This document shows, in pieces, positions 11,268 to 24,594 of a stretch of DNA of 64,000 bases. This DNA is from an uncultured cyanobacterium (GTDB taxonomy: Bacteria; Cyanobacteriota; Cyanobacteriia; Cyanobacteriales; CAWUOF01). Under the pieces are notes generated by a model. The model searched no databases and was not told where the DNA came from. It saw nothing but the letters and a program-made list of their open reading frames with translations. The position numbers and the translations under genes are program-made. The stretch lies in contig CAVUSO010000001.1 in NCBI GenBank assembly GCA_963744145.1, positions 6,048,001 to 6,112,000 on the forward strand, read 5' to 3'. How positions within the stretch are numbered: position 1 is the first letter of the stretch; each line of letters begins with the position of its first letter.

Positions 11268-11585
11268 GTGGCCAATATTAAATCCGCGATTAAACGCGTC
11301 CAAATTGCTGAACGCAACCGTTTGCGTAACAAATCTTACAAATCTGCTGTCAAAACTCTCATGAAAAAATATTTGACAGCCCTCGCTACTTATGCAGCTA
11401 ATCCTAGCCCAGAAGCACTCTCTACCGTGAATACCCAAATGGCTGAGGCTTACCGCAAAATCGATAAAGCTGTCAAATCTGGGGTTCTCCATAGCAATAA
11501 TGGCGCTCGGAAAAAATCCCGTTTGGCTAAGGCTCTCAACCGGGTCATATCTGGCCCATCGACACCAGCAGAAATAGCTTCCTAA
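11268..11585 (+). CDS. rpsT: 30S ribosomal protein S20
   Basis: [10 protein letters not shown]...[22 protein letters not shown]. Confidence 0.97.
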   Translation: MANIKSAIKRVQIAERNRLRNKSYKSAVKTLMKKYLTALATYAANPSPEALSTVNTQMAEAYRKIDKAVKSGVLHSNNGARKKSRLAKALNRVISGPSTPAEIAS

Positions 11586-11629
11586 CAGCTAATTCCAGTG
11601 TTACCAGCTCAAATTATCGATAACCATCC

Positions 11630-12427
11630 ATGCAGTTGATTGACACCCACGTCCATATCAACTTTAAAGTGTTTGAAGCCGAGCTAGCAGCAGTGCGATC
11701 GCGTTGGCAAGCAGCAGGAGTTGTCCATCTGGTGCATTCCTGCGTCGAGCCAGGGGATTTTGTCAGTATGCAAAATTTAGCTGACCAATTCCCAGAGCTA
11801 TCCTTAGCAGTGGGGTTACATCCCCTGGATGCCCACAAATGGACAGATGATTTGGCGGACCAAATCCTCACTCTAGCTAACTCAGATCAGCGTGTGGTCG
11901 CGATCGGAGAAACCGGGTTAGACTTTTATAAAGCTGATAATCCAGAGCTACAAAGCCGGGTATTTACAGCTCAGTTAGCGATCGCCAGTCAGCTCAACAA
12001 ACCAGTAATTATCCATTGTCGTGATGCTGCCGCACCAATGGCTGCCTTAATCACGCAATGGAGTCAGGAACATGGAGCCATCACTGGGGTAATGCACTGT
12101 TGGGGAGGTACGCCAGCTGAAACTCAATGGTTTTTAGATTTGGGATTTTATATTAGTTTCAGTGGCACAGTCACGTTTAAAAACGCCGACCAAATTCGAG
12201 CCTCAGCCGCTATAGTGCCCACTGAGCGACTGCTAATTGAAACCGATTGCCCTTTCTTAGCGCCTACCCCCAAACGTGGTCAGCGCAACGAGCCGGCTTA
12301 TGTTAGTTATGTGGCTGAACAACTAGCTAAGGTCCGTGGAGTTTCCCTTTCCTCCCTAGCAGCCCAAACCACAGAAAATGCTTGCCGACTATTTCAGATT
12401 TCGGTTCCCACCGGATCGGTAAACTAA
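11630..12427 (+). CDS. tatD: TatD family DNase
   Basis: [25 protein letters not shown] and ETDCPFL. It sits in the usual rpsT-tatD-rpoB synteny. Confidence 0.93.
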   Translation: MQLIDTHVHINFKVFEAELAAVRSRWQAAGVVHLVHSCVEPGDFVSMQNLADQFPELSLAVGLHPLDAHKWTDDLADQILTLANSDQRVVAIGETGLDFYKADNPELQSRVFTAQLAIASQLNKPVIIHCRDAAAPMAALITQWSQEHGAITGVMHCWGGTPAETQWFLDLGFYISFSGTVTFKNADQIRASAAIVPTERLLIETDCPFLAPTPKRGQRNEPAYVSYVAEQLAKVRGVSLSSLAAQTTENACRLFQISVPTGSVN

Positions 12428-12617
12428 GGTAAAGTGAGAATTGGCTGAAAAAAGACTAAAATCATAGTATAATAATGGTGGTGTGATATATTGTTCAATT
12501 TATTATTCCCTCAGCCGACGGAGATCTTAAAACCGCCCCGCCAGAGAAAATTGTTGGCATCCTCAAGACCTTGGGCCTGTGTTAAAATCAAAAATTCCCA
12601 TAAATTTGGTAAATCTC

Positions 12618-12648
12618 TTGACAAACTTGTTGGTAGTTGCTATATGCT
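12618..12648 (+). promoter_or_regulatory. candidate sigma70 promoter for the rpoB operon
   Basis: TTGACA at 12618-12623 followed by TATATGCT at 12641-12648. Confidence 0.4.
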
Positions 12649-12868
12649 AATCAATAATAATTAGTAGCCATTAGAGATTAGCTATTCTTGTACTGATTAA
12701 ACATACTTGACCAACAGGCAACCATAAATGCGTCTTTCGGGTACGACCAGCTTCATCCACGGCTCCGAAAAGGGTTCTCCAACTTCAGAACCCGAATTTT
12801 GCCATCTGATTTATTTGTACATATAAGATTTTGCCCCATCGAACGGGATATTTTTTTTGAGGAGAAGC

Positions 12869-15800
12869 ATGACCACAGCAATCACCAACCACTTTACCTT
12901 ACCGGATTTGGTTGAGATCCAACGTTCGAGTTTTCGTTGGTTTTTAGAAGCAGGATTAATCGAAGAACTAAACTCATTTAGTCCAATCACTGATTATACA
13001 GGCAAACTAGAACTACACTTTTTGGGCAAAGACTACAAACTCAAACGTCCTAAGTATGATGTAGACGAAGCCAAACGACGGGACGCTACCTACGCAGTGC
13101 AAATGTACGTTCCAACCCGTTTAATCAATAAAGATACCGGAGAAATCAAAGAACAAGAAGTATTTATTGGTGATCTCCCATTAATGACAGATCGAGGCAC
13201 ATTCATTATTAATGGAGCCGAGCGAGTCATTGTCAATCAAATCGTGCGATCGCCCGGAGTATATTACAAATCAGAAATCGACAAAAACGGACGTTCGGAC
13301 CTATAACGCTAGTCTGATTCCGAACCGAGGAGCATGGCTAAAATTTGAGACCGACAAAAACGATTTGGTTTGGGTCAGAATCGATAAAACGCGGAAACTC
13401 TCAGCTCAGGTTTTGCTGAAAGCATTGGGATTAGCAGATAATGAAATCTTCGATGCTCTGCGTCATCCAGAATACTTCCAAAAAACGATCGAAAAAGAAG
13501 GGCAATTTACCGAAGAAGAAGCCCTAATGGAACTATATCGGAAACTGCGACCAGGAGAACCCCCGACCGTATCCGGAGGAGAACAACTATTAAATTCGCG
13601 CTTTTTTGATCCCAAACGCTACGACTTAGGACGAGTTGGTCGATATAAACTGAACAAAAAACTCAGTCTGAGTGTATCTGATCTAGTCAGAGTGCTAACC
13701 CCACAAGATATTCTGGCAGCAGTAGACTACCTGATCAACCTGGAATTTGACATCGGGAAAACCGACGACATTGACCACTTAGGAAACAGAAGAGTTCGGT
13801 CAGTAGGGGAATTATTACAGAACCAAGTAAGAGTTGGCTTAAACCGTCTGGAAAGAATTATCCGGGAACGGATGACAGTATCTGACTCAGAAACCTTAAC
13901 TCCAGCTTCCTTAGTCAACCCGAAACCACTAGTTGCTGCGATCAAAGAATTCTTTGGTTCGAGTCAACTATCTCAGTTTATGGATCAAACCAATCCCCTC
14001 GCGGAATTGACCCATAAACGACGACTCAGCGCATTAGGACCAGGAGGTCTAACCCGTGAACGAGCTGGATTTGCAGTGCGTGACATTCACCCATCTCACT
14101 ACGGTCGGATTTGTCCCATTGAAACTCCAGAAGGACCAAATGCGGGATTAATTGGCTCTCTCGCTACCCATGCGCGAGTAAATGCGTATGGATTTATTGA
14201 AACCCCCTTCTACCCAGTCAAAAACGGGCGGGTATTAAGAGATCAACCCCCAGTTTACATGACTGCTGATGAAGAAGATGACCTCCGAGTAGCACCAGGA
14301 GATATTCGGGTAGACGCAAACGGAGATATTCAGGGAGAGTTAGTACCAGTCAGACATCGTCAGGACTTTACTACCACTACCCCAGATCAGGTGCAATATG
14401 TAGCTGTATCCCCAATTCAAATCGTTTCGGTGGCTACATCTCTGATTCCTTTCCTAGAACATGACGATGCTAACCGAGCTCTAATGGGTTCAAATATGCA
14501 ACGTCAAGCTGTCCCCTTGCTACGTCCAGAACGACCACTCGTAGGAACCGGATTAGAAGCACAAGCTGCAAGAGACTCAGGGATGGTCATTGTTAGTCGT
14601 ACTGATGGGGAAGTTACCTTTGTTGATGCTACCCGGATTCGGGTACGTCCGACTCACCCAACAGGTAATTTATCGATCGCCCCAAAGGTTAGTGGTGCAC
14701 TCGCTAAAAGTCCTGCCGCTATTATCACTAGTGCTGCTGCTGGTGGGACGGTAGCTGGGGCGATCGATGCGGTGACGGCGGCAGGTGGCCCTGTGGCAGT
14801 GACTGGTGATGTGGTGACTGATGGTGATGTGATAGCTGCGGGTGGGGCGATCGCTCTAGCGGATGGCGATCTAGCTGCTGGTGGAGCGATCGCCACAACA
14901 GATAGCACAGTTGCTGTATCTGGTACGGTGACGGTTGGGGGCACAGTGGTAGCAGATGAAACAGTGGTAGTAGATGGTCCAGTCGGTAAGGTTATTGCTG
15001 ATACTGTCAAGGCGATCGCAAGTCCCATTGCTACTCCGATCGTACCTGGTCCCATTGTTGGATTACCTATTGCTACACCGCGAATACACGAAATTGAATA
15101 TCAAATCAGCAAATATCAACGTTCCAACCAAGACACCTGTCTCAACCAACGTCCAATTGTCCGGGTCGGGGATAAAGTCGTAGCGGGACAAGTAATGGCA
15201 GATGGTTCAGCCACAGAAGGTGGAGAACTAGCACTAGGTCAAAATATTCTTGTCGCCTATATGCCTTGGGAAGGATATAACTATGAAGACGCGATCCTAA
15301 TCAGCGAACGTCTAGTTTATGACGATATCTATACCAGTATCCACATCGAGAAATACGAAATCGAAGCCCGACAAACCAAACTTGGTCCAGAAGAAATTAC
15401 CCGTGAAATTCCCAATGTGGGGGAAGATGCTTTACGCCAATTGGATGAAAATGGGATTATTCGGATTGGAGCTTGGGTAGAAGCAAGTGATATTTTGGTG
15501 GGGAAAGTAACACCAAAAGGGGAATCAGATCAACCACCAGAAGAAAAACTGCTCCGGGCAATATTTGGAGAAAAAGCACGAGATGTGCGTGATAATTCTC
15601 TCCGAGTGCCGAATGGGGAAAAAGGACGGGTGGTAGATGTGCGTGTGTTCACCCGTGAACAAGGGGATGAACTACCACCAGGAGCCAATATGGTGGTGCG
15701 GGTATATGTAGCCCAAAAACGCAAAATTCAAGTCGGCGATAAAATGGCTGGAAGACATGGAAATAAGGGGATCATCTCCCGGATCTTACCAGCAGAAGAT

Positions 15801-16589
15801 ATGCCCTATTTACCAGATGGAACACCAGTAGATTTAGTATTAAATCCTTTAGGGGTGCCGAGTCGGATGAATGTGGGACAAATCTTTGAATGTCTCTTAG
15901 GATGGGCTGGAGAAAATTTAGACCTACGGTTTAAAGTGGTTCCTTTTGATGAAATGCACGGAGAAGAAAAATCCCGTGAAACCGTTCATGCCAAATTAGA
16001 ACAAGCTGCTGAGGAAACTGGAAAAGATTGGTTATTTCACATTAATAATGCTGGGAAAACCTTGATCTATGACGGTCGAACTGGGGAAGCTTTTGACAGA
16101 CCAGTGACAGTTGGTAAAGCATATATGCTGAAATTAGTTCACTTGGTCGATGATAAGATTCACGCTCGGTCAACTGGACCATATTCCTTGGTGACTCAAC
16201 AACCATTAGGTGGAAAAGCCCAACAAGGTGGTCAACGCTTTGGAGAAATGGAAGTATGGGCACTAGAAGCATTTGGTGCAGCTTATACCCTCCAAGAATT
16301 GTTGACAGTAAAATCAGATGATATGCAAGGACGGAATGAAGCACTCAATGCGATCGTCAAAGGTAAAGCCATTCCCCGTCCAGGAACTCCCGAATCGTTC
16401 AAGGTGTTAATGCGGGAATTACAGTCTCTGTGTTTGGATATAGCTGTGCATAAAGTAGAAACTCAAGATGATGGCACTAGTCGTGATGTTGAGGTGGATT
16501 TAATGGCAGAAATTGCGAATCGTCGAACTCCCATGAAACCAGTTTATGAATCTCTATCTCGGGATGAAATTGATGAAGTGGATGAATAG
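12869..16589 (+). CDS. rpoB: RNA polymerase beta subunit (extra T at 13294/13295 splits the ORF; contains a ~140-aa insertion)
   Basis: RBS GAGGAG precedes ATG 12869. Motifs [43 protein letters not shown] and GGQRFGEME. Removing one base restores DKNGRRTYNAS and gives 1239 aa. Confidence 0.97.
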
Positions 16590-16740
16590 TTTTGGGATCA
16601 GTGCGATCGCCAGTTTTCCGGCTGTTCTGGCTCGGTCAAATTAGCCAGTAGTGATTGATTTAATCGGCTCCGCTCGGAATAGAAATTGGTTCTATTCTGG
16701 GCGATCGCAATCGGTAAATGCCAAACATAGAGGTAAAAAA

Positions 16741-18609
16741 GTGGCAAAACTTGAACAACGTTTTGATTATGTAAAAATCGGATTAGCTAGCCCAGATCGG
16801 ATTCGTCAGTGGGGAGAAAGAACCTTACCGAATGGGATAATTGTGGGAGAAGTAACTAAACCAGAAACAATTAACTATCGCACCCTGAAACCAGAAATGG
16901 ATGGGTTATTTTGCGAACGGATCTTTGGTCCAGCAAAAGATTGGGAATGTCATTGTGGGAAATATAAACGAGTAAGACATCGCGGAATAGTCTGTGAACG
17001 TTGTGGAGTAGAAGTAACCGAGTCCCGGGTAAGAAGACATCGGATGGGATTTATTAAACTAGCAGCACCAGTTGCTCATGTGTGGTATTTGAAAGGAATA
17101 CCAAGTTACATGGCAATTTTGTTAGATATGCCATTGCGAGATGTAGAACAAATAGTTTATTTCAATGCTTATGTAGTTTTAAATCCGGGTAATTTTAGTG
17201 AACTCAGCTATAAACAATTGCTGACCGAAGACCAATGGATGGAAATTGAAGAGCAGATTTATAGCGATGATTCGGAACTAGAAGGAATTGAAGTCGGAAT
17301 TGGAGCTGAAGCATTACAACGATTATTACAGGATCTAAATTTAGAAGAACAAGCAGAAACACTCCGGGAAGATATTGGTCACGCGAAGGGACAAAAAAGA
17401 GCGAAGTTAATCAAACGTTTACGAGTAATTGATAACTTTATTGCGACTGGTTCTAAACCAGACTGGATGGTACTGAGTTATATTCCGGTGATTCCTCCAG
17501 ATTTACGTCCTATGGTGCAATTGGATGGGGGTAGATTTGCGACTTCCGACTTAAATGATCTTTATCGTCGAGTGATTAACCGCAATAATCGTTTAGCTCG
17601 TTTACAAGAAATTCTGGCACCAGAAATTATTATTCGCAACGAGAAACGGATGTTGCAAGAATCGGTAGACGCATTAATTGATAACGGACGTCGCGGTCGG
17701 ACTGTGGTAGGAGCAAATAACCGACCATTAAAATCTTTGTCCGATATTATTGAAGGGAAACAGGGTCGTTTTCGCCAAAACTTGTTAGGAAAACGGGTAG
17801 ATTATTCTGGACGTTCGGTGATTGTAGTTGGACCGAAATTGCAAATTCACCAGTGTGGATTACCCAGAGAAATGGCAATTGAACTGTTTCAACCATTTGT
17901 GATCAATCGGTTAATTAGAGCGGGATTAGTGAATAATATTAAAGCCGCGAAAAAATTAATCCAACGCAATGATGCAAGTGTTTGGGATGTGTTAGAGGAG
18001 GTAATTGAGGGTCATCCAGTTCTCTTAAACCGCGCTCCGACATTACACCGATTGGGGATACAAGCATTTGAACCAATTTTAGTAGAAGGACGCGCTATTC
18101 AATTACATCCTTTAGTTTGTCCTGCTTTTAATGCGGACTTTGATGGTGACCAAATGGCGGTCCATGTACCCCTGTCGATCGAATCTCAAGCTGAAGCACG
18201 AATGTTAATGTTAGCTTCTAATAATATTCTCTCTCCAGCTACGGGTAGACCAATTGTAACTCCCAGTCAAGATATGGTATTGGGTTGTTATTATTTAACT
18301 GCGGAAAATCCGAAACAGAAAGTCAGCGATCGCTATTTTGCTAATTTAGATGATGCGATTATCGCTTACGATCGGGGACAGATCGATTTACACGCATATA
18401 TCTGGGTGCGTTATGAAGGTAAAGTGGAAACAGAAGAACCAGATAATGAACCAATCCAAGTGGAAAATCTCCCAGATGGAATAGTCAGAAAAACCTATAA
18501 ATTTCGACGAGTAAAAGAAGATGAAACTGGAAAGATCATTTCTCAATTAGTACGAACAACCGCAGGACGGATTATTTTTAATAAGACAATTCAAGAAACC
18601 TTGAAATAA
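16741..18609 (+). CDS. rpoC1: RNA polymerase gamma subunit
   Basis: GTG start after AGAGG, zinc-finger cysteines and the catalytic NADFDGDQM motif. Confidence 0.97.
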   Translation: MAKLEQRFDYVKIGLASPDRIRQWGERTLPNGIIVGEVTKPETINYRTLKPEMDGLFCERIFGPAKDWECHCGKYKRVRHRGIVCERCGVEVTESRVRRHRMGFIKLAAPVAHVWYLKGIPSYMAILLDMPLRDVEQIVYFNAYVVLNPGNFSELSYKQLLTEDQWMEIEEQIYSDDSELEGIEVGIGAEALQRLLQDLNLEEQAETLREDIGHAKGQKRAKLIKRLRVIDNFIATGSKPDWMVLSYIPVIPPDLRPMVQLDGGRFATSDLNDLYRRVINRNNRLARLQEILAPEIIIRNEKRMLQESVDALIDNGRRGRTVVGANNRPLKSLSDIIEGKQGRFRQNLLGKRVDYSGRSVIVVGPKLQIHQCGLPREMAIELFQPFVINRLIRAGLVNNIKAAKKLIQRNDASVWDVLEEVIEGHPVLLNRAPTLHRLGIQAFEPILVEGRAIQLHPLVCPAFNADFDGDQMAVHVPLSIESQAEARMLMLASNNILSPATGRPIVTPSQDMVLGCYYLTAENPKQKVSDRYFANLDDAIIAYDRGQIDLHAYIWVRYEGKVETEEPDNEPIQVENLPDGIVRKTYKFRRVKEDETGKIISQLVRTTAGRIIFNKTIQETLK

Positions 18610-18755
18610 GGTAAGTAGTTGGACTTTAGTCCTCTTCTGACTAAGAACGAGGACTACTAGTCTTTCTATCATCAAAAAACCGCAACTGACCGACCCAATA
18701 AAAACTTGAAAGTCTAATTACCAACTTAACTACCAACTAACCCGAAATAATTACT

Positions 18756-21700
18756 ATGTCAGAACAAAAAATAGTTTTTCGCAATCGCACAGTAGATAAA
18801 GGTCAACTCAAGAAACTAATTTCTTGGGCATTTATAAATTATGGCACAGCACGAACTTCACAAATTGCTGATAAATTAAAAAATTTGGGTTTTCGTTATG
18901 CGACCAAAGCTGGGGTATCAATTAGCGTAGATGACTTAATGGTCCCCCCAGTTAAAAAAGATATGTTACTCAATGCAGAAGAAGAAATTCGAGCTACAGA
19001 AAGTCGGTATACAAGAGGAGAAATTACCGAAGTAGAACGCTTTCAAAAAGTAATTGATACTTGGAATAGTACCAGTGAAGCTTTAAAAGATGAAGTAGTA
19101 CGTCATTTTAAAGCAACTGATGTCTTAAATTCCGTTTATATGATGGCATTTAGTGGAGCAAGAGGAAATCTATCCCAGGTGCGTCAGTTAGTAGGAATGC
19201 GGGGGTTAATGGCTGATCCCCAAGGGGAAATTATTGACTTACCTATTAAAACCAATTTCCGGGAAGGGTTAACAGTTACTGAATACATTATTTCTTCTTA
19301 TGGAGCGCGGAAAGGGTTAGTTGATACTGCATTAAGAACAGCAGATTCGGGTTATTTAACCAGAAGGTTAGTTGATGTTTCCCAAGATGTGATTGTCCGG
19401 GAAATTGATTGTGGTACAGAACGGGGAATTCCTTTACAAAGTATGACAGATGGCGATCGCGTTTTGATTCCCTTACGCGATCGGTTAATGGGTCGAGTTG
19501 CAGCGGAAGATATTATTCACCCCAAAACTAAAGAATGTTTAGTACCCCGGAATAGTCCGATTACGGATGAAATGTCCCAGACTATTCAAGCAGTAGGGAT
19601 ACAAGAAGTATTTGTTCGTTCACCTCTAACTTGTGAAGCAGCACGTTCGGTTTGTCAGCGTTGCTATGGTTGGAGTTTAGCTCATGCGAAAATGGTGGAT
19701 ATGGGTGAAGCAGTAGGAATTATTGCAGCTCAAAGTATTGGGGAACCCGGTACTCAGTTAACCATGCGGACTTTCCACACTGGGGGGGTATTTACTGGAG
19801 AAGTTGCTCGTCAAGATCGGGCGAAATTTGATGGTCAAATTCAGTTTGAAAAAGACTTGCGATCGCGTTCTTTCCGAACTCGTCACGGAGAAGAAGCATT
19901 AATTGCAGAAAGTAATGCGGATTTAGTGTTAGTATCACAGACTGGAGAAAAAGAGACATTTTCGATTTCCCAAGGTTCAATTTTGTTTGTTCAAGATCGA
20001 GAGCAAATTAAAGCAGGACAAATTATTGCAGAAGTTCCTCTTGCAGCTCGGGGGGTACGTCGTTCTACAGAAAAAGCTACCAAAGATGTATCCTCAGATT
20101 TAGCTGGGGAAGTATTATTTGCGGATTTAATCCCAGAAGAAAAAACCGATCGTCAAGGAAATACCACTCGGACAGCTCAACGGGGTGGATTAATTTGGAT
20201 TTTGTCTGGAGAAGTTTATAATTTACCACCAGGAGCAGAACCGGTAGTTTCTAATGGTCAACAGGTAAAAAGTGGAGATGTTTTAGCAGAAACTAAGTTA
20301 ATTACAGAACATGGGGGAGTAGTTCGGATTCCGGAAACCGATGGAAATGTACCCCGCGAGATTGAAATTATTACTGCTAGTGTACTGCTCGATCAAGCCA
20401 CAGTGCAAACTCAAAATCAGCAAGGACGCGATCAGTATTTAATTGCTGCAAATAATCTGCAATTTGCTCTGAAAGCAACTCCTGGAACTAAGGTGCAAAA
20501 TCATCAAGTAGTTGCAGAATTAATTGATGATACTTATCGCACTAATACAGGTGGGATTATTAAATATGCTGGGGTGGAAGTAGCGAAAAAAGGGAAAGCT
20601 AAACAAGGATATGAAGTAGTCAAGGGTGGCACTTTATTGTGGATTCCGGAAGAAGCTCATGAAGTGAATAAGGATATATCTTTGTTGTTGGTTGAAGATG
20701 GTCAGTATGTGGAAGCAGGTACAGAAGTAGTTAAGGATATCTTTTGCCAAAATAATGGTGTGGTTGAGGTAACTCAAAAAAATGATATCTTACGCGAAAT
20801 TGTGATCAAACCTGGGGAATTACATATTATTGATCATCCCGATGAAGCGATCGGGAAGGATGGTACTTTAGCACCAGCAGGTAATGAGGTAATTCCGGGG
20901 GTAGTATTTAATGATTTGCGTTATATTGAATATGTGGAAACCCCAGAAGGTCCAGCATTATTATTGCGATCGGTGATTGAATTTCCTGTTCCTGATGAAC
21001 CAACCGTTCCTAGTCAAGAATCGATTAATGAAGCAGGACGTGATATTCGGTTACGTTCAGTTCAACGGATACCTTATAAAGATGGGGAACGAGTAAAATC
21101 GGTTGATGGATTGGAGTTATTACGCACTCAGCTCATTTTAGAAATTGGTAAAGATGCACCTCAATTAGCAGCAGATATTGAGTTAGTACCTGATATTAAT
21201 AATGCTGATATCTATCGATTGCAATTGGTAATCTTGGAATCGCTGATTATTCGTCGAGAGTTGACTGCTGATCCTTTACAAGGTAATACTAATACTCGCT
21301 TGTTAGTAGAAAATGGAGATAAAATTGAGCCTAATGCAGTGGTAGCTCGGACAGAAATTCAGTGTAAAGACGCAGGAGAAATTCGGGGGGTGCGATCGGG
21401 TACAGAACCAATTCGACGGATTTTGCTGATGCGTGATGTTGATTTAGTTACCATCGATTGTCCTGGTACTCCCACTGTCCGTCCGGGTGATTTAGTAGTA
21501 GCAAATACGGAAATTGCTCCAGGATTTCGGTTGGAAGAATCTGGTCAGGTGGTGAATGTCACTATTCACAATCAGGAGAATTCTGACCATAAACCGAGTG
21601 CCAAAATTCGGCTCCGAATTGCTCGACCTTATCGCGTTTCTCCTGGTGCGATTCTTCATGTTGATGATGGTGGATTAGTCCAACGTGGTGATAATTTAGT

Positions 21701-22802
21701 GCTGTTGGTATTTGAACGAGCCAAAACTGGAGATATTATTCAAGGGTTACCTCGGATTGAAGAGTTATTAGAAGCACGTAAACCCAAAGAAGCTTGTGTG
21801 TTAGCTAAACATCCTGGTACTGCACAGGTGGTTTATGCTGATGATGAATCAGTCGAAATTAAAGTCATTGAAGCTGATGGTACGATCGCGGATTATCCCA
21901 TTGGTCCGGGTCAAAATGCGATCGTCTCTGATACTCAGGTAGTAGAAACTGCTGAACCCCTATCGGATGGACCTGCTAATCCCCATGAAATTTTAGAAGT
22001 TTTCTTTCTTCACGATCGGGAGTCGATGGGTACTTATGAAGCTGCTTTAGATAGTTTTCAACGGGTCCAGACTTTTTTGGTGAATGAAGTTCAGTCGGTT
22101 TATCAATCCCAAGGAATTGATATTTCTGATAAACACATTGAGGTCATTGTACGTCAGATGACTTCTAAAGTCCGGGTGGATGATGGTGGTGATACAACCA
22201 TGCTCCCAGGAGAGTTGGTAGAATTGCGTCAAATTGAACAAGTAAATGAAGCAATGGCAATTACCGGAGGTGCCCCAGCTGAGTATACTCCGGTTTTGTT
22301 AGGGATTACTAAAGCTTCCTTGAATACTGATAGTTTTATTTCTGCAGCTAGTTTCCAAGAGACTACTCGGGTGTTGACTGAAGCTGCGATCGAAGGTAAA
22401 TCTGACTGGTTACGTGGTTTGAAGGAAAACGTAATTATCGGTCGTTTGATTCCAGCTGGGACTGGGTTTAATGCTTATGAAGAACCGGGTAGTCTTGATC
22501 CTGACATTACTGGTGAAAGTACCTTATTTGATGAGGACGATGATTATAAAGATCTGGTAGTAGATGATCGTTCTGCTCGTACTTATGGTGCTTTTGCTGA
22601 AGGTGGACTTGCACCAGGGATGGTGGTTCGCAATGAGGATGATGATGAGGATGATGATTTAGATCACGGTTTGACTGTTTTAAGCGAACCCGCGATCGGT
22701 GTCTCTAGTTTGGATGATGATCCTTTACTTGATGACGAAGATGAGGAGGATTTTGAAGAAGATGATCTTATTGATGAAGAAGATGATTTTTATGATGCCT
22801 AG
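18756..22802 (+). CDS. rpoC2: RNA polymerase beta' subunit (C-terminal part)
   Basis: [39 protein letters not shown], the large cyanobacterial SI3 insertion and an acidic tail. Confidence 0.97.
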   Translation: MSEQKIVFRNRTVDKGQLKKLISWAFINYGTARTSQIADKLKNLGFRYATKAGVSISVDDLMVPPVKKDMLLNAEEEIRATESRYTRGEITEVERFQKVIDTWNSTSEALKDEVVRHFKATDVLNSVYMMAFSGARGNLSQVRQLVGMRGLMADPQGEIIDLPIKTNFREGLTVTEYIISSYGARKGLVDTALRTADSGYLTRRLVDVSQDVIVREIDCGTERGIPLQSMTDGDRVLIPLRDRLMGRVAAEDIIHPKTKECLVPRNSPITDEMSQTIQAVGIQEVFVRSPLTCEAARSVCQRCYGWSLAHAKMVDMGEAVGIIAAQSIGEPGTQLTMRTFHTGGVFTGEVARQDRAKFDGQIQFEKDLRSRSFRTRHGEEALIAESNADLVLVSQTGEKETFSISQGSILFVQDREQIKAGQIIAEVPLAARGVRRSTEKATKDVSSDLAGEVLFADLIPEEKTDRQGNTTRTAQRGGLIWILSGEVYNLPPGAEPVVSNGQQVKSGDVLAETKLITEHGGVVRIPETDGNVPREIEIITASVLLDQATVQTQNQQGRDQYLIAANNLQFALKATPGTKVQNHQVVAELIDDTYRTNTGGIIKYAGVEVAKKGKAKQGYEVVKGGTLLWIPEEAHEVNKDISLLLVEDGQYVEAGTEVVKDIFCQNNGVVEVTQKNDILREIVIKPGELHIIDHPDEAIGKDGTLAPAGNEVIPGVVFNDLRYIEYVETPEGPALLLRSVIEFPVPDEPTVPSQESINEAGRDIRLRSVQRIPYKDGERVKSVDGLELLRTQLILEIGKDAPQLAADIELVPDINNADIYRLQLVILESLIIRRELTADPLQGNTNTRLLVENGDKIEPNAVVARTEIQCKDAGEIRGVRSGTEPIRRILLMRDVDLVTIDCPGTPTVRPGDLVVANTEIAPGFRLEESGQVVNVTIHNQENSDHKPSAKIRLRIARPYRVSPGAILHVDDGGLVQRGDNLVLLVFERAKTGDIIQGLPRIEELLEARKPKEACVLAKHPGTAQVVYADDESVEIKVIEADGTIADYPIGPGQNAIVSDTQVVETAEPLSDGPANPHEILEVFFLHDRESMGTYEAALDSFQRVQTFLVNEVQSVYQSQGIDISDKHIEVIVRQMTSKVRVDDGGDTTMLPGELVELRQIEQVNEAMAITGGAPAEYTPVLLGITKASLNTDSFISAASFQETTRVLTEAAIEGKSDWLRGLKENVIIGRLIPAGTGFNAYEEPGSLDPDITGESTLFDEDDDYKDLVVDDRSARTYGAFAEGGLAPGMVVRNEDDDEDDDLDHGLTVLSEPAIGVSSLDDDPLLDDEDEEDFEEDDLIDEEDDFYDA

Positions 22803-22826
22803 TTAAGGAGGGATCGACAAAGAGCT

Positions 22827-22896
22827 GGGCGAAGCATTCGGATCTAAATGTTACCGATTTAAGTAATAAATTATCGCCCGAATGCTTCGCCCCTAC
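22827..22896. repeat. REP-like element (GGGCGAAGCATTCG...CGAATGCTTCGCCCCTAC) between convergent genes
   Basis: 14-bp perfect inverted arms. The same family recurs at about 37183, 46994, 47264 and 47589. Confidence 0.8.
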
Positions 22897-22905
22897 AATT
22901 AATTA

Positions 22906-23793
22906 TTAAATTTCAGCTACGGCTCTTTCAATTAAGCGACGAGCTAAAGTTTGTGTGCCTGTATGTTCGTAGTAATTTGTTGATACATCTAGGAAAGCTC
23001 CTAAGTAGTCTAACTTATCTCCACTAAAATCAATAAAACCTTGTAATTGACTAACTATTTTTTCAGGAGTTAAATCATGGTCACCAACTAGACTACCCAT
23101 CCAGCCTGTCACTGAGTTAAAACTTTCGCCTATAAAGCTTAGTTTACTATCAGAATTATGACCAGGTATTTCGTCTTTGATGGCTTGGAAAGTTGAGTTT
23201 TGTTCTAACTCGTTGGGACTAGTCTGACTAATCCATGATAATGCTCTGTCCAGGAAGCTCGCACCAAGCGGGATCAAGCCATCAAAGCAAACCAATGCTG
23301 TCATGCGAATGGACGACTCACCACTATATTCACCCAAAGCTGCCAGAAAATCCCCAATACTGTCTCCGGGAATACCATTAATTTGGCAGAAAGCGGTTAT
23401 TTCAGCCACTAATTTCAGGACTAAATCGATAGTTTGGGCTTTTTCTGCTTTGGGGGTAACTGTGTTTAAAAAACCCAGTAGGGGAATCTTCTCTCCCACT
23501 TTGTTGGCCAAAACTGCTGCACCAAGTGCTTTATCTGTAGCATCAACAGTTTGATAGAGCCACATTGCTCGTTGGTATCCTTGAGACTTATCATTATATA
23601 GCCAAATCGCACGTTCCCCGATTTGCTGAATTAAATCTTCATCAGTTTCCCCAGTCACAGTTTTAATCGTATTGACAAAACCAACTGTGTTTTGCCACTC
23701 ACCAGGAGCAATAAAATCGAGGGCCTTCAAAGCAGAAACAGTTAAGTTATTGGTTGGCAATTCATCCACCAACTGCTGAATTGGTTTGCTCAT
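22906..23793 (-). CDS. conserved cyanobacterial hypothetical protein
   Basis: 295-aa ORF with a GGAG RBS. No function was recognised. Confidence 0.75.
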   Translation of the reverse strand: MSKPIQQLVDELPTNNLTVSALKALDFIAPGEWQNTVGFVNTIKTVTGETDEDLIQQIGERAIWLYNDKSQGYQRAMWLYQTVDATDKALGAAVLANKVGEKIPLLGFLNTVTPKAEKAQTIDLVLKLVAEITAFCQINGIPGDSIGDFLAALGEYSGESSIRMTALVCFDGLIPLGASFLDRALSWISQTSPNELEQNSTFQAIKDEIPGHNSDSKLSFIGESFNSVTGWMGSLVGDHDLTPEKIVSQLQGFIDFSGDKLDYLGAFLDVSTNYYEHTGTQTLARRLIERAVAEI

Positions 23794-23830
23794 ATAATCT
23801 CCTGTGTCGATTTAACTAATTTTCCTCGCT

Positions 23831-23970
23831 TATACCAATTTAATGTGAAGTTGCACGGTCTAGATCCCCCTCGCATCCCCCTGATTAAGGGGGACTTTAA
23901 ATTCTGGCTCCCCCTTATTAAGGGGGTTGGGGAGATCAATTCTATGCAGCTTGATCAAGAATTGGTATTA
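23831..23970. mobile_element. MITE-like element with TATACCAATT / AATTGGTATTA termini
   Basis: Terminal inverted repeats enclose CCCCC..TAAGGGGG palindromes. An inverted related copy lies at 32033-32316. Confidence 0.65.
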
Positions 23971-24280
23971 GTGGTAAGGAATTAAAAGATATTTTATCAT
24001 TTAAGTAATTAAACAAAAATCGAGTTTCTTGGCCAAATTCTCGGTTGATCTCCGATATCTAGATAGAAACCCGATTTATAGCTGGATAATTTTGCTTTTT
24101 TTTAATATTTCTCGATACTAGCTGCAATCACGTTAAGACTAACTTTAACTATTAATTTTTTAGCTCTAATAGAGAAAAGTTGACGCCCCATCATCCCGCG
24201 CTTTTTTCAACTGAGAACAAAGCAAGAGACGGAGGTCGCCCACTAAGATAGAGGGTGATTGGAGTGGGGAAAATTTACCT

Positions 24281-24478
24281 TTATTCAAGGCTAGGTCCTG
24301 ACTCTAAGCCCCACTTATGTTTTAAGAAATCTTGATACATTGTTTCCCTCAAAATCATTTGAGTGTAAATCTGCTTGAGGAAGTGCTGGGCTTGTTCTAA
24401 AGTCATCCGGTCTACTTGGCTTTCAAAGGACCGAATATTGAACTGTTTTTCGAGGGGAAGGTCCATAGGTTGGTTCAT
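24281..24478 (-). CDS. nblA: phycobilisome degradation protein NblA
   Basis: L.LE.QF.IRSF..QV..M..EQAQ.FL......M signature and an AGAGG RBS. Confidence 0.92.
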   Translation of the reverse strand: MNQPMDLPLEKQFNIRSFESQVDRMTLEQAQHFLKQIYTQMILRETMYQDFLKHKWGLESGPSLE

Positions 24479-24594
24479 AACTACCTCTAATTTATTATTC
24501 CAGTAGGAATGTTTGCCATCAGGTTACGCGATTTGCAATTCTGATTACTTTTAGGATGCCCTTGAATTTCCTTCGCGTTTCCTTTCTGTTACAG

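Noticed and set aside
13940..14060. Rifampicin-resistance substitutions in RpoB
   Set aside because: Cluster I reads as wild type ([25 protein letters not shown]).
14654..15055. 133-aa antisense ORF over the rpoB insert
   Set aside because: It is a mirror frame of GNN-rich codons that naturally lacks stops.
14652..15089. Intein or intron in rpoB
   Set aside because: There is no N-terminal Cys with a C-terminal His-Asn junction, no homing endonuclease motif and no intron boundary features. It is an in-frame low-complexity insert.
22500..22802. Very acidic RpoC2 tail and large internal insertion
   Set aside because: Both are normal for cyanobacterial RpoC2.
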